Shown: positions 63,825 through 64,000 of the stretch, piece by piece | Layout: every line of letters starts with the position of its first letter | How positions within the stretch are numbered: the stretch's first letter is position 1 | Source: Vicinamibacterales bacterium | Lineage (GTDB): Bacteria > Acidobacteriota > Vicinamibacteria > Vicinamibacterales > UBA2999 | NCBI GenBank assembly: GCA_036274155.1 | Contig: DASUGH010000158.1 | Coordinates: 16,017 to 80,016 of the forward strand | DNA: 64,000 nucleotides | Direction: 5' to 3' | The notes under the pieces: model-generated | What the model was told of the DNA's origin: nothing | Databases searched by the model: none | Seen by the model: only the letters and a program-made list of their open reading frames with translations | Translations under genes and position numbers: made by a program

Positions 63825-64000
63825 CTACCGGGCAGCGCGCGCGGCGACCGGCGACGATCCGCACGGTTGCCCGCCGACGACCGACAAGAGGACGACCGGC
63901 TTGCGCCCCTTCCGGTCGAGCCCGTAGGAGGTGCCGCGCGGGATGATGGTGAACATTCCGGGCTTCACGTGCCCGCGCTTCCCGCCGACGGTCAGCTCGC
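63825..64000 (-). CDS. Cupin-domain protein, C-terminal 57 codons (5' end outside window)
   Basis: The minus-strand frame from the window edge reads ELTVGGKRGHVKPGMFTIIPRGTSYGLDRKGRKPVVLLSVVGGQPCGSSPVAARAAR*. The G..v.pG....iP.G..h...n pattern is cupin-like. The ORF track does not list it because its start lies outside the window. Confidence 0.45.
   Translation of the reverse strand, partial: ELTVGGKRGHVKPGMFTIIPRGTSYGLDRKGRKPVVLLSVVGGQPCGSSPVAARAAR

Overview
High-GC bacterial chromosomal segment. I found no rRNA, tRNA, CRISPR array, transposase or phage gene. The gene content looks like a soil Acidobacteriota-type genome. It has two ADOP-type duplicated MacB/FtsX permeases (one with its PadR partner) and a BlaI/BlaR1 pair whose sensor ends in the TIGR03435-type 'soil-associated' domain. 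It also has an ECF sigma of the anti-sigma-less, Ser/Thr-kinase-linked kind, a DUF1592/DUF1552 pair, TolB-like propeller proteins and a plug/barrel TonB-type receptor. I call about 60 protein-coding genes or gene remnants plus a dozen sequence-level regulatory or structural elements.

Most worth a second look:
(1) An uncharacterised secreted-protein module occurs twice in non-identical form (31790-34204 and 54599-57724). It combines four paralogues of one unknown family with two small proteins whose predicted mature N-terminus is His-His. One paralogue is fused to a metallo-beta-lactamase fold that has lost all its metal ligands.
(2) A DUF1592 (heme-c motif) - DUF1552 (Tat) - secreted ankyrin-repeat operon has a leader and an intercistronic spacer packed with perfect three-arm palindromes.
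(3) A branched two-component system (one kinase, an OmpR-type regulator and a paralogous REC-PP2C phosphatase) has 11-bp-phased TTCTTTGACA repeats upstream and a 1054-aa TPR/TolB-like protein downstream.
(4) A divergently organised ABC-transporter-dependent glycan locus has lower G+C. Its Wzt has a C-terminal extension and sits next to a methyltransferase, and a Thr-repeat secreted protein lies at its edge.
(5) A tungsten-type aldehyde:ferredoxin oxidoreductase has an adjacent MoaD/ThiS-like GG protein.
(6) There are several gene remnants and three single-nucleotide frame disruptions in otherwise conserved genes. These are either assembly indels or real decay.

All family assignments rest on motifs read by eye. 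No database search was possible, so each needs HMM or BLAST confirmation.
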